Positions 24,001 to 35,296 of a DNA stretch of 64,000 nt are shown here, one piece after another. Each line of letters starts with the position of its first letter. The first letter of the stretch is position 1. This DNA comes from Protoeuglena noctilucae. Lineage: Eukaryota. The position numbers and the translations under genes are program-made. The notes beneath the pieces are model-generated. The model was not told the origin of the DNA. It saw only the letters and a list, made by a program, of their open reading frames with translations, and ran no database searches. The stretch is from positions 62,001 to 126,000 of the forward strand of contig OY253669.1 in NCBI GenBank assembly GCA_958009085.1, in the 5' to 3' direction.

Positions 24001-25337
24001 ACGCGTGACCCAGCTCGGCGCACGGCACGTTCCCCAGGTGCCTCTTGAACCACCCCGCCGGGTTGTCCGCATGCGCCGCCAGCATCCCGGCCAGGTGCTC
24101 GTCACACAGGTAGTGCACGCCGCTGCCCCCGTTGCACCCCACCGCCCGCTTTCGGGGCACCGGCCCCATGCATGTCCCACACTCCACCTCGCCCCGCGTC
24201 GTGTCCGCGGCTTCCAGCACACGCCTGCGGCACAGGTGGGAAGCTAGGTACGTCAGCATCACGCTCCTTCATCCTGACTACCCACTGCCCTCAGCCGTCC
24301 CCACAGCCCCGCCCCTCGCCTGCACTCCTTCGCCGCCGCCAGCATGTCCGCCACGCTTGCGCGCCGTGCGGGGTCCTTCTCCAGCGCCCGCAGCGCCGCC
24401 GACCGCAGCGGCTCCGGTACGAACTCTGGTATCGCCGGTTTAGCCCCATCCACGCACACCGCGAACACGACCTGCGCCATCCTCTGCCCCGCGAATGGCT
24501 CCTGCCCCGTCGCGAGGTGCGACAGCGTTGCCGCCGCCGAGTACGCGTCCGACAGGGGCGTGATCTCCTTCTTCGCGTCGTACTGCTCGGGACTCATGTA
24601 CCCAAACGTGCCCCACGCTTCCTGGCGCAAGGTCACCCGGCTGTGGCGCTGCGTGCACAGGGCCGTAACGCATGGCATCGCCGGCTTGTCATGGACGCAA
24701 GCAACGTGCCCCGCCGCCAGCAATTAGCGCCCTCACCCCCATGGACGCCCGCTCCTGCGATATCTTGGCCAGGCCGAAGTCCCCCAGCAGCACCGTGCCA
24801 CGCCGGTCCAGCAGCAGGTTGTGCGGCTTGACGTCGCAGTGCACCAGCCCCGCGCGGTGCAGGTGCGCCAGCCCCTCCAGCATCTGCTCTGCCACGTCCA
24901 CCAGCTCCCCGACCGGCAGCCCCGTCCCCAGCTCCCGCACCCGCCGCGCCAGCGACCCGCGCTCGGCCAGGGGCATCACCAGGTGCAGCGCGCCGTCGAT
25001 GATCGACGTCCCCAGCACCCTGCGGACGCCAGGGAATACCACGTGATCCCCGCAATGCCAGCCACTCCAATGCGCCCCCGCCCCAGCTGCGGCATGCATC
25101 TCACCGGCACACGTGGGCGTTGTTCATCGCTGCCTGGGCCAGCCGCTGCACCTCCTTCGCCGCCCGCTCGTTTGCCCCCGCCTCCGCCCCGTCCGTCAGC
25201 CGCTTAACTGCGACATCCTGCCCCCGCCACAGGCCCCGCCACACCTCGCCCTGGTTGCCCTCCCCGGCCCCCAGAACCTCCCCCAGCACTATCTCGCGTG
25301 CTGGAATAGCCGGAATCTTCAACGCCCCGAACTCCAT
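21074..25337 (-). CDS. Multidomain two-pass membrane protein, ~1125 aa: Ser/Thr kinase (non-RD) - RING - Rcat/IBR-like - TM - cbEGF x5-6 - TM - WD40 x6
   Basis: Exons 25337-25105, 25019-24737, 24648-24320, 24224-23426, 23276-23180, 23083-22266, 22076-22014, 21829-21074 total 3378 nt. All 7 introns have GT/GC...AG ends and keep the frame. Motifs: VAVK, HCDVKPHN, DFG, GTFGYMSPE; CGTC...C...HYLC...C...C; CGRC...GECLALKC...C...CGWC...H..HV..C; LVVVALAVVPLLLAWAL; D[VI][DN]EC repeats; VVAVVAVGAVAAGVATW; GH...W[DN] repeats. Confidence 0.75.
21080..21815 (-). repeat. Six near-identical 126-bp tandem units encoding 42-aa WD40 repeats
   Basis: Unit RTLSGHSxxVxSVAFSPDGRWVASGSxDxTVKLWxAATGEVV, repeated at near nucleotide identity. 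Confidence 0.97.
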
Positions 25338-26126
25338 CGGGCCGCCACGCGCCGCGCGCGTCCGAGATGCCGGCGTACGGCCAAGCACACTCTGCGGACG
25401 CCTGCGTCGCGCTGCGGGGGCGCGGCACAGTGGCATGCGAGTCACACGACACGCATTGATCCCGTCTGCGCGATACAAGCCGCACGCAGCCCTCCCGGGC
25501 GCGCTTCGCCATCGTGCTCTCCCGCCGTGATCATACGCCTCCAGCCCCTTTCTTCGGCGGCATGCTGCTTCTGCTGCATGACGCAGTCCATGTACTCCTT
25601 TGAGACTGGCAAACCTCCCCGATCGTCCTCCGCAGCTCACCTGAAGCGGCCTTTCGTGGTGGGCAGTGTTCACGATGCTACCTCACACAGCAGAGGCTTT
25701 TTGCACTTTCGTTCGTGCAGAACCACTGCAGGTCCATTAAAGTGGTCGTGCGGGGGGTTAGGGGCGACGAGTCAGGCCCTGCGTGACTTCGTCGGCCCTG
25801 GGTGCCAGAGATGCACAAGAGAACGTGGCTCGGCGCTCCATCGATAATACATTAAAGAGTGGCCATGATTTTGCGGAAGTCGGTTGGAAACGAGCTGGGC
25901 ATGGGGCCGCCCGGCTCTGCAGGCTGACTGACTCCAAAGCAACAATATTTCCCACAAAGACCGATTGTATTGTGGCACTGTGCGCTCAATTATGTGCATT
26001 TCAACAAGCTTCAACAAGCCTGGAGTAAAACGCGACCTGCTTTCTTAAAACATTCGCGCAGGTACGATAGACAACGTTGCTGGTGCTGGCTGCTGGACAG
26101 GCGCAAACTAAAACGCGTCTTCCCAT

Positions 26127-27344
26127 TCACTTCCTGAAGGGATTGGCATTCTCGAGGAGCGACACGTCCCACAGCTTCCTGCAACGCACAGCAGCGAATC
26201 CAGCGTGTTGTTCCCAAGCAACGGTCGCCTTTCCAACACCCCTCGCCCCCGACCCCCCACCTGGCGTCCAGTCGAGACCTCCTAATAAATTCCTGGTATT
26301 TCCTTTGCATGTCCGCCCGGTCCGCCGAGCTCCACACCTCCACCTCCACCTCTTCGCCCTGACCCGCCCCCTCCGCGCCCTCCCGGTCCCCCGCACTCTC
26401 GTCCCCCGACTCCTCCTCCGCGCTCCACGCCCGCGCACGCGCCTTCTCGCTGGAGGACAGCGCCGCCCTCACGCGCGCCTGCAGATTAGTGATACAAGCC
26501 CGCATCGTAAGCATCGTCATTAGCCCTCACTGTTCACAAGACGCACACCTGCCCTCGCGCATCACCCACCCGTTGCTGCTTCATTCTATCTCTCCGCTCC
26601 GCCATCTCCGACTCCTCCTGCACCCGCCGGTCCTCCACCCTCCGCTCCTGCCACTGCGCCTGCAAACAGCCGAGGCAGCATTCGTGCATCGTCTTGCAGA
26701 CGGCCAGCGACAGGACCCCTATTCCAGCAGCAAGAGAGCGAGCTGATGTCGTTGTACTGCCATACACACAGCCTCGTCTCACCAGGGGCCCCAGGACCAG
26801 CAGAAGCGCCGTGAACGCCGCCGCAGCTGCCGCCGGCCACAGCGGCACGTGGCCCGCCCCCGGCATGCGCCGGTGGAGGGCCGCCCTCGCTGGCGGACCG
26901 CTCGCCGGCACCCATAGCACGCTTCCCGGCGACAGGGCGCTCGCGGAGGCCCGGGGATTGAAGCCCGCGATGTCCTGGCGAGAGATGCGGTAGGCCGTCG
27001 CCACGTCGTCGATCGTGTCGCCGATCTGCACGACGTACATGCTGAGAGCACGACGCGATAAGATAAAGAGTTAATGTCGGACGGCGGGCGGGTGGCGAGG
27101 GCCGCAGCGCCGCGCGCGGCGGGCGCACACACACACACCGCAGCGTCCGGTCCGTGCTGGGCCGGGAAGTGGGCTGGAAGTAGACCTGGCCGAAGGAGTA
27201 GGTCGGACTTCCGCTCGTGCTCGCTTCACCGCTCGGTCCCGATCCCCCTCTCGTGGCGGAGATCGGGCGCGGGCCCCTCTGCACGGAACGCGCGACAGGT
27301 GCGCGTGAGATTCGGGCGCCGAGCATCGGAAGGGAGGCGGCCAT
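26127..27344 (-). CDS. LysM-domain membrane protein, probably plastid-targeted
   Basis: Ser/Arg/Ala-rich N-terminus (MAASLPMLGARISRAPVARSVQR); LysM YVVQIGDTIDDVATAYRISRQDIAGFNPRASASALSPGSVLWVP; TM segment; charged tail ending ...YQEFIRRSRLDAR|KLWDVSLLENANPFRK*. Confidence 0.75.
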
Positions 27345-28306
27345 GCACCGTCGATCAGCGGATAGAATCTCAAGGCGGGACGGCCCTTTGCCTGGCCGCC
27401 CGGCGCGCCCTCGGCGCCCGCACTGCATGACATGGGGTAGTTGGCGCACGGACCCTGCGCGCGTCCCCGCGACGAAGCGCCGGACGACCGCGGCGGGGCC
27501 GATGAGCTCATAACACATGAAGACAAGGAAGCCAATGCCCGGGGCCTATCGAGGAAGGCGGGCGACGCGGGGCAACACCGTTGTCGCACGCGAGGCTGGC
27601 GGGCCGTGGATGGCAATGCGATGGCCGTTGCCAACGCGCAGGGACTGTCGGTCCATGCAGCGTCGAGAACGCGGCGCGGTGAGGTCACCTGGACCGCAGC
27701 GGGTCCTGCGCACGCCCGCATTCTCCCTGTCGCCCTCCCGCACGTGATGTCAATGCAAACGCCTGCGGAACGATCGGGCCGGCGAGAGGGGCATCGAAGG
27801 AATCACAGCAAGTGCCCGCAACGGCCGCGCGGGCCGCAGGGGAGAAGGTGAAGGATGCCCTTGTCAGAAAGCAGAACGACCGGGGATTGGCGCCCTGGAT
27901 ACGTCCTGCCGCTGTGCGATCTCATCTCCTGGTCAAAATCGACAAATCCTCGCGCTTGTCGCTTTCTCTGCAGCGCTATCGAGCAGTTCTCAATCGCGAG
28001 CCGCAGGGCCGCTGCAGGCCTGTCGCGCCAATTGAATCAGGAGGCGCTTGCATTCTCTGCACTATCTATTCGCAAGGTACGCGACGGATGCCTCGTGGCT
28101 TAGCCATGGCTGTTTGCTTAGCCAGGAAGGGCTGCTGCGGCGTGCCGGCTAGGCATGGGCCTTCTACAGCTGCCGGAGCGCGGGACTGCCCGCGCTGGTT
28201 GTCTCCGCGGTATTCCGTTGCTCGTCTGCACGCGCACTCCATTCCCGCGTGGCCCCGACCGCAGGACGGGCCGCGGTCGCGGGGCAGGGCGGCAACTGGC
28301 GCGCCG

Positions 28307-31300
28307 ATGCGGGGCGGGGCCAGGCGAGCGGCTTGGCTTGCCGCGATGGCGGCTGTCGGTATCTACGTCAAGTACTCTTCATAGTCTACAATAAGCTGTC
28401 TTTTCCCGCTCCTCGCAGCCGCGGGCGTGGCAGGGGTCGCGGGCGCGGGCGTGGGGGCGGCTCTGGTCGAGGTCGGGGCGGCAGTGGGCGCGGCCGGGGC
28501 GGCCCGCGCTTGCCGAGCAGCTTGAGCGACGAGGTGGGCCGCTCCGGCGCCCGTCGCGAGCGGGTATCTCGCCCCACATCGGCCGCGGACTTTTTCGAGG
28601 CCGAAGAGGACCTGGCTTTGGAGGACCGCCACGCCGAGCGATTCGACGATGTGTCGGATAGGTGAGGGACGTGGGTGTGCGTGGCGTGTGTGGTGTGTGT
28701 GGTGCTGATGCATGTGTGGGGGTGCATGTTGGGGTGACAAGTGGGTGGGAGCGTGGGGCGCTGTGACGGCGAGCGGATAGCGATTGCAAGGGACCTGCCC
28801 TGCTCTATCAGTGTGACTGCACAATGCTCGACTGCCTCTGTGTGACCTGCTCGATGCTCTACTCAACTGACTGTGACCTACTCGACACCTGTGTGCTCGA
28901 CACTTGTGTCACCTGCTTGCCCCTCTCAGGGAGGACATGATGGGGAGTGACTTTGAGGACGAGGAGATCGAGGAGGACGAGGCATTTGACTCGGAAGACG
29001 AGGCCATGTTCGATCACATGTTCGCCAAGGGCAAGAAGGGGGGCAAGGGGGACGTGGGCAAGGGGGGGGGGGGCAAGGGGTCCACGGGGGCAGAGACGGA
29101 GGTGAGGGGGGCGTGGATGGGAAGAGGGGATAGGGGTTGATGGAGATGGGTAGCTGCTTGATGGCATGGGGGTGGGTAAGTGTTGGTGCGTGTGTGCGTT
29201 CGTGTATATAAAGGGCTTTGCCGTGTCTCTTCAATATAGCCGTTTGCTCTTCCCATGTCTCCAGGAGGTGGATCTGCTGGAATCGGACTCTGGCGCATCG
29301 GCGTCGGAAACGGACGATCCGGAGGCGGAGTGGGAGGGCGGGTATGACCCCGTGCTAGATGCATTGGACGCACAAGACGAGGGGAAGGATGCAGCAGGGT
29401 CTAAGGGAAAGAAAGGGGACAGGGGGGGCGCGAGGGGGGGAAGCGAGAAAAGGGCTGGTGGGGCGGGGAAGGGGCGGGAGGTGGGGATGAGTGAGAACGA
29501 GAGCCTGAGTGAGAGTGGGAGCGAGAATGAGGGCGGGAGTGGAGGCGAGAGTGAGGGCGACAGCGAGGGCGGGAGTGCGTCGAGTGACGATCCGTTTGCG
29601 ATGCTGGGCGTGGGTGACGAGGGGGACTCTGAGGGAGAGGGGCAGGAGGGAGGGAGCGAGGAGGATGGAGAGGGCGATCGTCACGCGCGTTTCATGGCGG
29701 ATGTGGTGGGGGCGGTGGGTGGGGGTGCGGGCGAGAGTGCGGGTGCGGGTGCGGATGGTAATACGGGTGCAGGTGTACAGCGTGGTGGGAAGAGGGAGGG
29801 CCGCGTGCGCAACGAGGCAGTGCCAGAGGGGGAGTTCAACGCTGCGGCGGTGGGGGACGCGGGGGGTGAACTCACAGTCAGGCGAGTGGGGTGGCGAGTG
29901 GGGTGTTGGGGCACGGTGCAGTGCGGCGCGGTGGGTGCAGCACGTTGCGTGGAGAGCACTGGGGAAGGCATGAAAGGCATTGCATGGCGTGGCGTTGCAC
30001 GGGCATTCATAGCTCTGTACTACAAAACGCCACTCACCCCCCACTTCCCCAACATCACCCCGCACCACACCACCCACCTCTCTCCCCGCAGCGACCTGCT
30101 CAATGCCCTCGGCGACCAGTCCGCGACGCTGGGCAGGGCGCGCAAGGACCTGGAGCGTCTGGAGAGGCGTGCGTCGGCGTTGGATGCCCCGTTGCCGCGG
30201 GTGGCCAAGGAACGCATGGAGAGGCAGGAGGCGTACAAAAAGTCGAAGGAACAGGTGATGGGGTGGAGAGGGGGGTGTGACTAATCTGGAAGGAGTAGAG
30301 GAGGTCGAGAGAGCAGGTGAGTGGATGGGATGCATGGAGAGGCAGGAGGCGTACAAGAGATCGAAGAAACAGGTGTGTGAATGGCAGAGAGTAGCGTAGG
30401 GTGCCATGATTATGACCCCCCAATGTCACCCCGTGCTCTCACACATCCGTGCGATACTTTGCTGATACACATGTCGTCATCCGTTTCTAATTCCTCGTCT
30501 CTGCCCCCGTTCCCCAGGTCTCCGATTGGCAGGCGGCGGTGAAGGCCAACCGAGAGGCGCCCACCCTCGACTTCCGCGACAAGCGGACCCAGGGGTCCCT
30601 CAACAAGCCCACCACCGTAGGAGCGCTCGCGGCCAACTTCCGGCCCAGCGAGGGCGGGCTCGAGGCGAGTGGCAAAGCGTGGAATGGGTTGTGGGATGCG
30701 TGTGGGTGGGACAGCTTTGGGTGTCGCGATGGGAGGTGCTGCGGGACGTGCTGTGGGCGTCTCAGCGCTTCCAATGTGCATGCTTTGAATTCCATGAGGG
30801 CTGGTCTCAATGTCTCTGTTCGCTTTAACCACCCACAGGCGGAGGTGGCGGAGCTGCTGGTGCGTGCCCGTGCCCACAACACCCGCGCGGTGGAGGAGGC
30901 GGAGGCGGCGCTGGCGGCGAAGGAGATGACGGTGGAGGAGGCGAAGGAGAGGAGGGACAGGCGAGGTCCCGGATGGCCGTGGCCACAGCTTTCGCCCGGA
31001 TGCGACCCACGCAGTGCAGCAACACGCGTACCCGCGCCCCGGCCCGCAGGCTGGTGCGCGTGCGCAACGCGCTCTTCTACCACGAGCAGAAGATGCGGCG
31101 TCTGAAGAAGATCAAGAGCAAGGAGCACCGCAGGCACTTGAAGCGCGCCGAGCGGATGAGGGCCATCAAGCAAGGGGCGGGCGACGGCGACGGTGACGGT
31201 GAGCCGCGCGATCGTTGCGTAGTTGTAATAAAAAGGGAGTTGTGCCCCCGCTGCGGCGCTCGCTTAGCGTTTGACGCGCATCCTGCGCGCTTTGTGATGC

Positions 31301-34300
31301 ATCGCTGCGGCCCTTTGCTGCGAGTGCCGGAGGTCCCGCGCCGTCCGATATCAAGCCATCGACGTCGAGTATCTCGCAACAAACCGCAGCGATGGATCCG
31401 GAGGAGGCGGAGCGCCGCGAGCGAGCGCGCATCGAGGAGCGCCTCACCCTGCGCCACAAGGGCACGTCCAAGTGGGCCAGGCGGGCGCAGCACCGCGGCG
31501 CGGCGGTGATGGACGCGGGGACAAAAGAGGCGCTGAAAGAGCAGCTGCGGCTGGCGGAGGAGCTCAAGCGGAAGGTCGAGGGGGCGCGGGGGAGCGACAG
31601 CGACGCGAGCACCCAGGTGGGTTTGGAAGGAAGCCTTTTATTTTATAAAGCCAGCAGGTCAAGTGTTGGCTTAGGCGCATTGCGATAAGTAACCCATCAG
31701 CCCGTTCCCTCCGCAGTCCGAGTCCGGGGAGAGCGACGGGGAGGGCGCGGGTGCAGCGGACAAGCACGACGGGATGAGCCGCAAGCTGCGTACTGCGGCT
31801 CTGGACATTCTGGAGGGGCAGGCGGACGACGCGGTGAAGGTGAGGGGAGAGTCTGGGTGGCGCGTACAGGGGATGGGGGATGGGGGATGATGGTTCTGGA
31901 TGGAGAGGGAGTGTGACGGTGGTGTGGTGTTGCCATGATGCGCTGGGATGGGATGGGTTGAGAAGGTAATGCAAGCGTTACTCGACATTAACCCTTATCA
32001 ATGCGTTCCTGTTCGTCCCGTATCATCGCAGGACCTGGCCGGCAGCAAGCGCGGTCTGTTTGCCATGCCCTTCATGCGCCGTGCGATGGAGCGGCAAGCG
32101 AGGGAGGCGAAGGGCGAGGCCCGGAGGGCACTGGGATTTGAAAATGGAGACGCGGAGGAGGAGGGGGGCAATGCAGGGAGGATGGTGTTTGGGGGGATGG
32201 GTGCAATGGGGGGCGCGAGTGATGGGGTGGGGTACGGTGGGGGTGATGGTGCGGATGGGGTGGGGATGGAGGGTGGGGAGGAGGATGGGGGTTTGAATGA
32301 GGTTCAGGGAGAGGGGCTGGTACGGATGTACGGGGGGGAAGAGGAGGGGGTTGGGGCGGGGAGGAGGTGAGGGGGGCGGTGCAAAAGGGTCATGTGTGCT
32401 ATGCTATTGGGTGGTATGGCTGTGGCTGGACATGCAAAGTGTATATGGTGTAAACGGCAGTACTTATAAGTGGACAGGAATCGTGCTGCGTGGTTCGCAG
32501 TGGGGACGGGGAGCGTGAGGAGCTGCGCAGGCGGGTGGGGGAGGCGAGGAGAGAGATTGCGGGGGAGGGGAGGGCCATGGGGGATGAGGGTGCACATGCA
32601 AATGCGAATGGCGCTGAGAAGGGGAAAGGGCGGCGGGGTGCGACGGTGCGGGTGGTGGCGACGGCGGGGGTGGTGACGGTGGGGGGTGGGGCTGGGGTGG
32701 CGGCGATGGAGGGGCGGGGCGGGGGTGGCGCGGGGGCGAGCGGTGGTGGGGGCCCAAGCGGGTTTGTGCCGGTGAGATGCGAGGGTGGGGGTATGTAATT
32801 GGGGTGATGATAGCTAGCTGCCAGCAGCACAGCACACACTAGAAGTGCAATCGACAAAATCCTGGCTGTACCTTCATCCCACCCGCAGTCGAAGTCCTTT
32901 TCCGGCGCGCGCCCCGGCTTCGCCTTCCGATCGGGTCCCCAGGGGGTGGGGTATTACCCCGACTCAGCGCCAGTGGGGCAAACCCCACATGCGGGTACTA
33001 TGTCAGAAAATGCGGGGGCGGGGGTGAAGGGGCGGAGACGTGGGAAGGGGCAGGAGGGAGAGGGGAGCGGCGGTGGGAAGGGGGAGAGGAAAGTGGAGGG
33101 GGTGGGGATTGCAGGGGGGATGGCGGGGGGTGAGGGGTCTAGGGTGGTGGGGGTTGCGATGGGTGCGGGAGAGGGGGTGCGGGGGAGTGGGGAGAAAGGG
33201 GGAGTGGAGGGGGGAGAGGGGGAGGGGATGATGGCGCTGGTGGCAGAGGGGGCGGAGCAAGCAGCGCTGATTAAGGCGAGGGGCGGGGGGTGGAGAGACG
33301 AAGTGCTTGGGGCGTCTTGCTGCTTCGCTTGTGCTTTTTACATCTTTGTATTATCATCTACACCTGTCCATGCCTCTCCACTGGTAGCATCAGCATCAAC
33401 ATCAACCAATGTGATCTAACTCTTTCTTCTCAATCCATGACAGGCCGCGTTCGCTGGCGATGACGTGGAGGCAGAGTTTGCGGCGGAGAAGGCCAGAGAG
33501 GTGGCGCATGAGCTGCCCAAGGTGGACGTGCCGGCCGTCATGCCGGGGTGGGGGAAGTGGTCGAGCGAGCAGAGGGAGCCGAGGCGAGTGGATGGGTGGG
33601 AGTGGATTAGTGGATTTAATTGGAACCATCACGTTCATCTTTGGTTGGAATTTGGTTGCGAGTGCCATCACGTTGGTCAAGTGGTGTCTGGATGGGGCAA
33701 GCAGTCAAGCGAACAGGGTGTGCTTGTATTTGCGTTGCAGGTGGATGGCGGTGCAGAGGGAGAGGGCGGAGAGAATGCAACAGGAGGCGGCAAAGGTGAG
33801 ATGAGCTAATGGGACAGTCCACGCTTACATTCACCCTCATTGCCACCCTAACGATCACCCATTCCCTCACTCCCACCCCCACTCCCACCCTCACCGCCAC
33901 CCCCACTGCCACCCACACCCGCCCCCCCCCCACACCCCACCCTCACACCCCACCCCCAGCGCCGCCGCGACGCCTCCCTGCGTCACGTGGTGATATCCGA
34001 GAAGTTCGACAAGAAGGCATCCAAATTCCACGCCGAGTCGGTGCCTTTTGGGTTCGACAGCAGAGAGACCTACGAGCACAGCGTGCGGCAGCCGGTGGGG
34101 AGGGAGACCAACACCGACGCCGCGTTCCGGTGAGGGGATAAGGGATAAGAGATTGGGGATATGTGATGTGGTCTTAACAATATGCGACATGATATGATCT
34201 GATTGTGAGCGGTGGTGGTGGTATGGTGTGAGTTGTGTGTGGCTGCCGGTGGCATGACAGCAAACACATTGCACACCTGCATTGATACTCACCACCCACC

Positions 34301-34512
34301 CCCACCCCTCCCCCCCCAGCAACCTGACCCGCCCCGCCGTGCTGAAGGACGCGGGTGTGGTCATCGATCCCCTGCAGCGCAGCAGAGGGAGCAAAAAAGA
34401 CAAGGACAGCGGGCGGGGGGTGCGGAGCGGGGGCGGGCTGCAGGCGGAGGGGCCGAAGAGGAAAAGGGCGGTGGCGGGGCCGCTGGGGGTCAAGAGGGTC
34501 AAGGCGCAGTGA
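28307..34512 (+). CDS. UTP14: U3 snoRNA-associated protein 14 (SSU processome)
   Basis: PLPRVAKERMERQEAY...W...VKANREA; RNALFYHEQKMRRLKKIKSK; RIEERLTLRHKGTSKWAR; GLFAMPFM; AFAGDDVEAEF; MPGWGKW; RRDASLRHVVISEK...VPFGF...YEHSVRQPVGRETNT; GVVIDPL. About 14 introns, 6 with GC donors. Confidence 0.93.
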
Positions 34513-34934
34513 ATGGGAATGGATTTGGGGTAAAGTGGGGGGTGATGGGAGTGATGGTGGGGTTGGTGCGGTGGTGGGTTTGATGGCAATCAATGGCTTT
34601 TTTTGCTGTTTCACGGCTCATTTGCTTCCTCTCGCTTCAGTTACCGGCAGCTTTTGTTAGTGAACGGCTCTTCGCTTGAAAACGGCAGAGGCGCGCGGCA
34701 GGCGTGGCGGCGTGGGGCAAAAGCGGCAAAGCGCAGCGAACGGCGGCGCGTGGTGCTGGGGTTGCAAGTGTTGCAAGAGTTGCTGGGGTGCTCGCGCAGT
34801 GATCGCCCATTACAGCCCCATGCAACGACCAACACGCCTTCCCCACTGCCACCACATAGCTCCCCTTGATTGCATTGCCGCGTGATGCCTTGCGCTTGCT
34901 TTGATGTGTCATGTGGTTGGTTGCTGGCGGGGTA

Positions 34935-34939
34935 TGTAA
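34935..34939 (+). promoter_or_regulatory. Putative TGTAA polyadenylation signal of UTP14
   Basis: TGTAA downstream of the UTP14 stop. Confidence 0.35.
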
Positions 34940-35296
34940 TGAACAGGGAACAGGGAGACCCGCTTGGTAGGTCCGCGAAGTGGGAACCGAAAGGGCGAGA
35001 ATGCGAGGCGAGTGACATCAAGTGTGTGACAAGCGGGCAAGAGGGGTGGGGTGGGGTGGGGGGGCGATGTGCGACAGCACAGAGTGCGGCGTCGATCACT
35101 TACCCAAAACCCCATGAAAACGTGATGTGACATGATATGATGCGATGCACTGCGCGCGAGAGCCGCAGCGAGGGTGGCAGGTGACGGTGCATGCGGTATG
35201 AAGCGCGGCAAGGAAGGTGCCGCCAGGTGCGGCTGATGAGGGGAGCAAGTGTGGGTGCAAATGCAAGTGCGGGTACGGGGTGCAACTGCGAACGAG

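Noticed and set aside
27345..28306. ORF 27812..28384 or an ncRNA in the divergent LysM/UTP14 intergenic region
   Set aside because: No motif support; treated as a probable bidirectional promoter, like 40304-40916 and 58026-58740.
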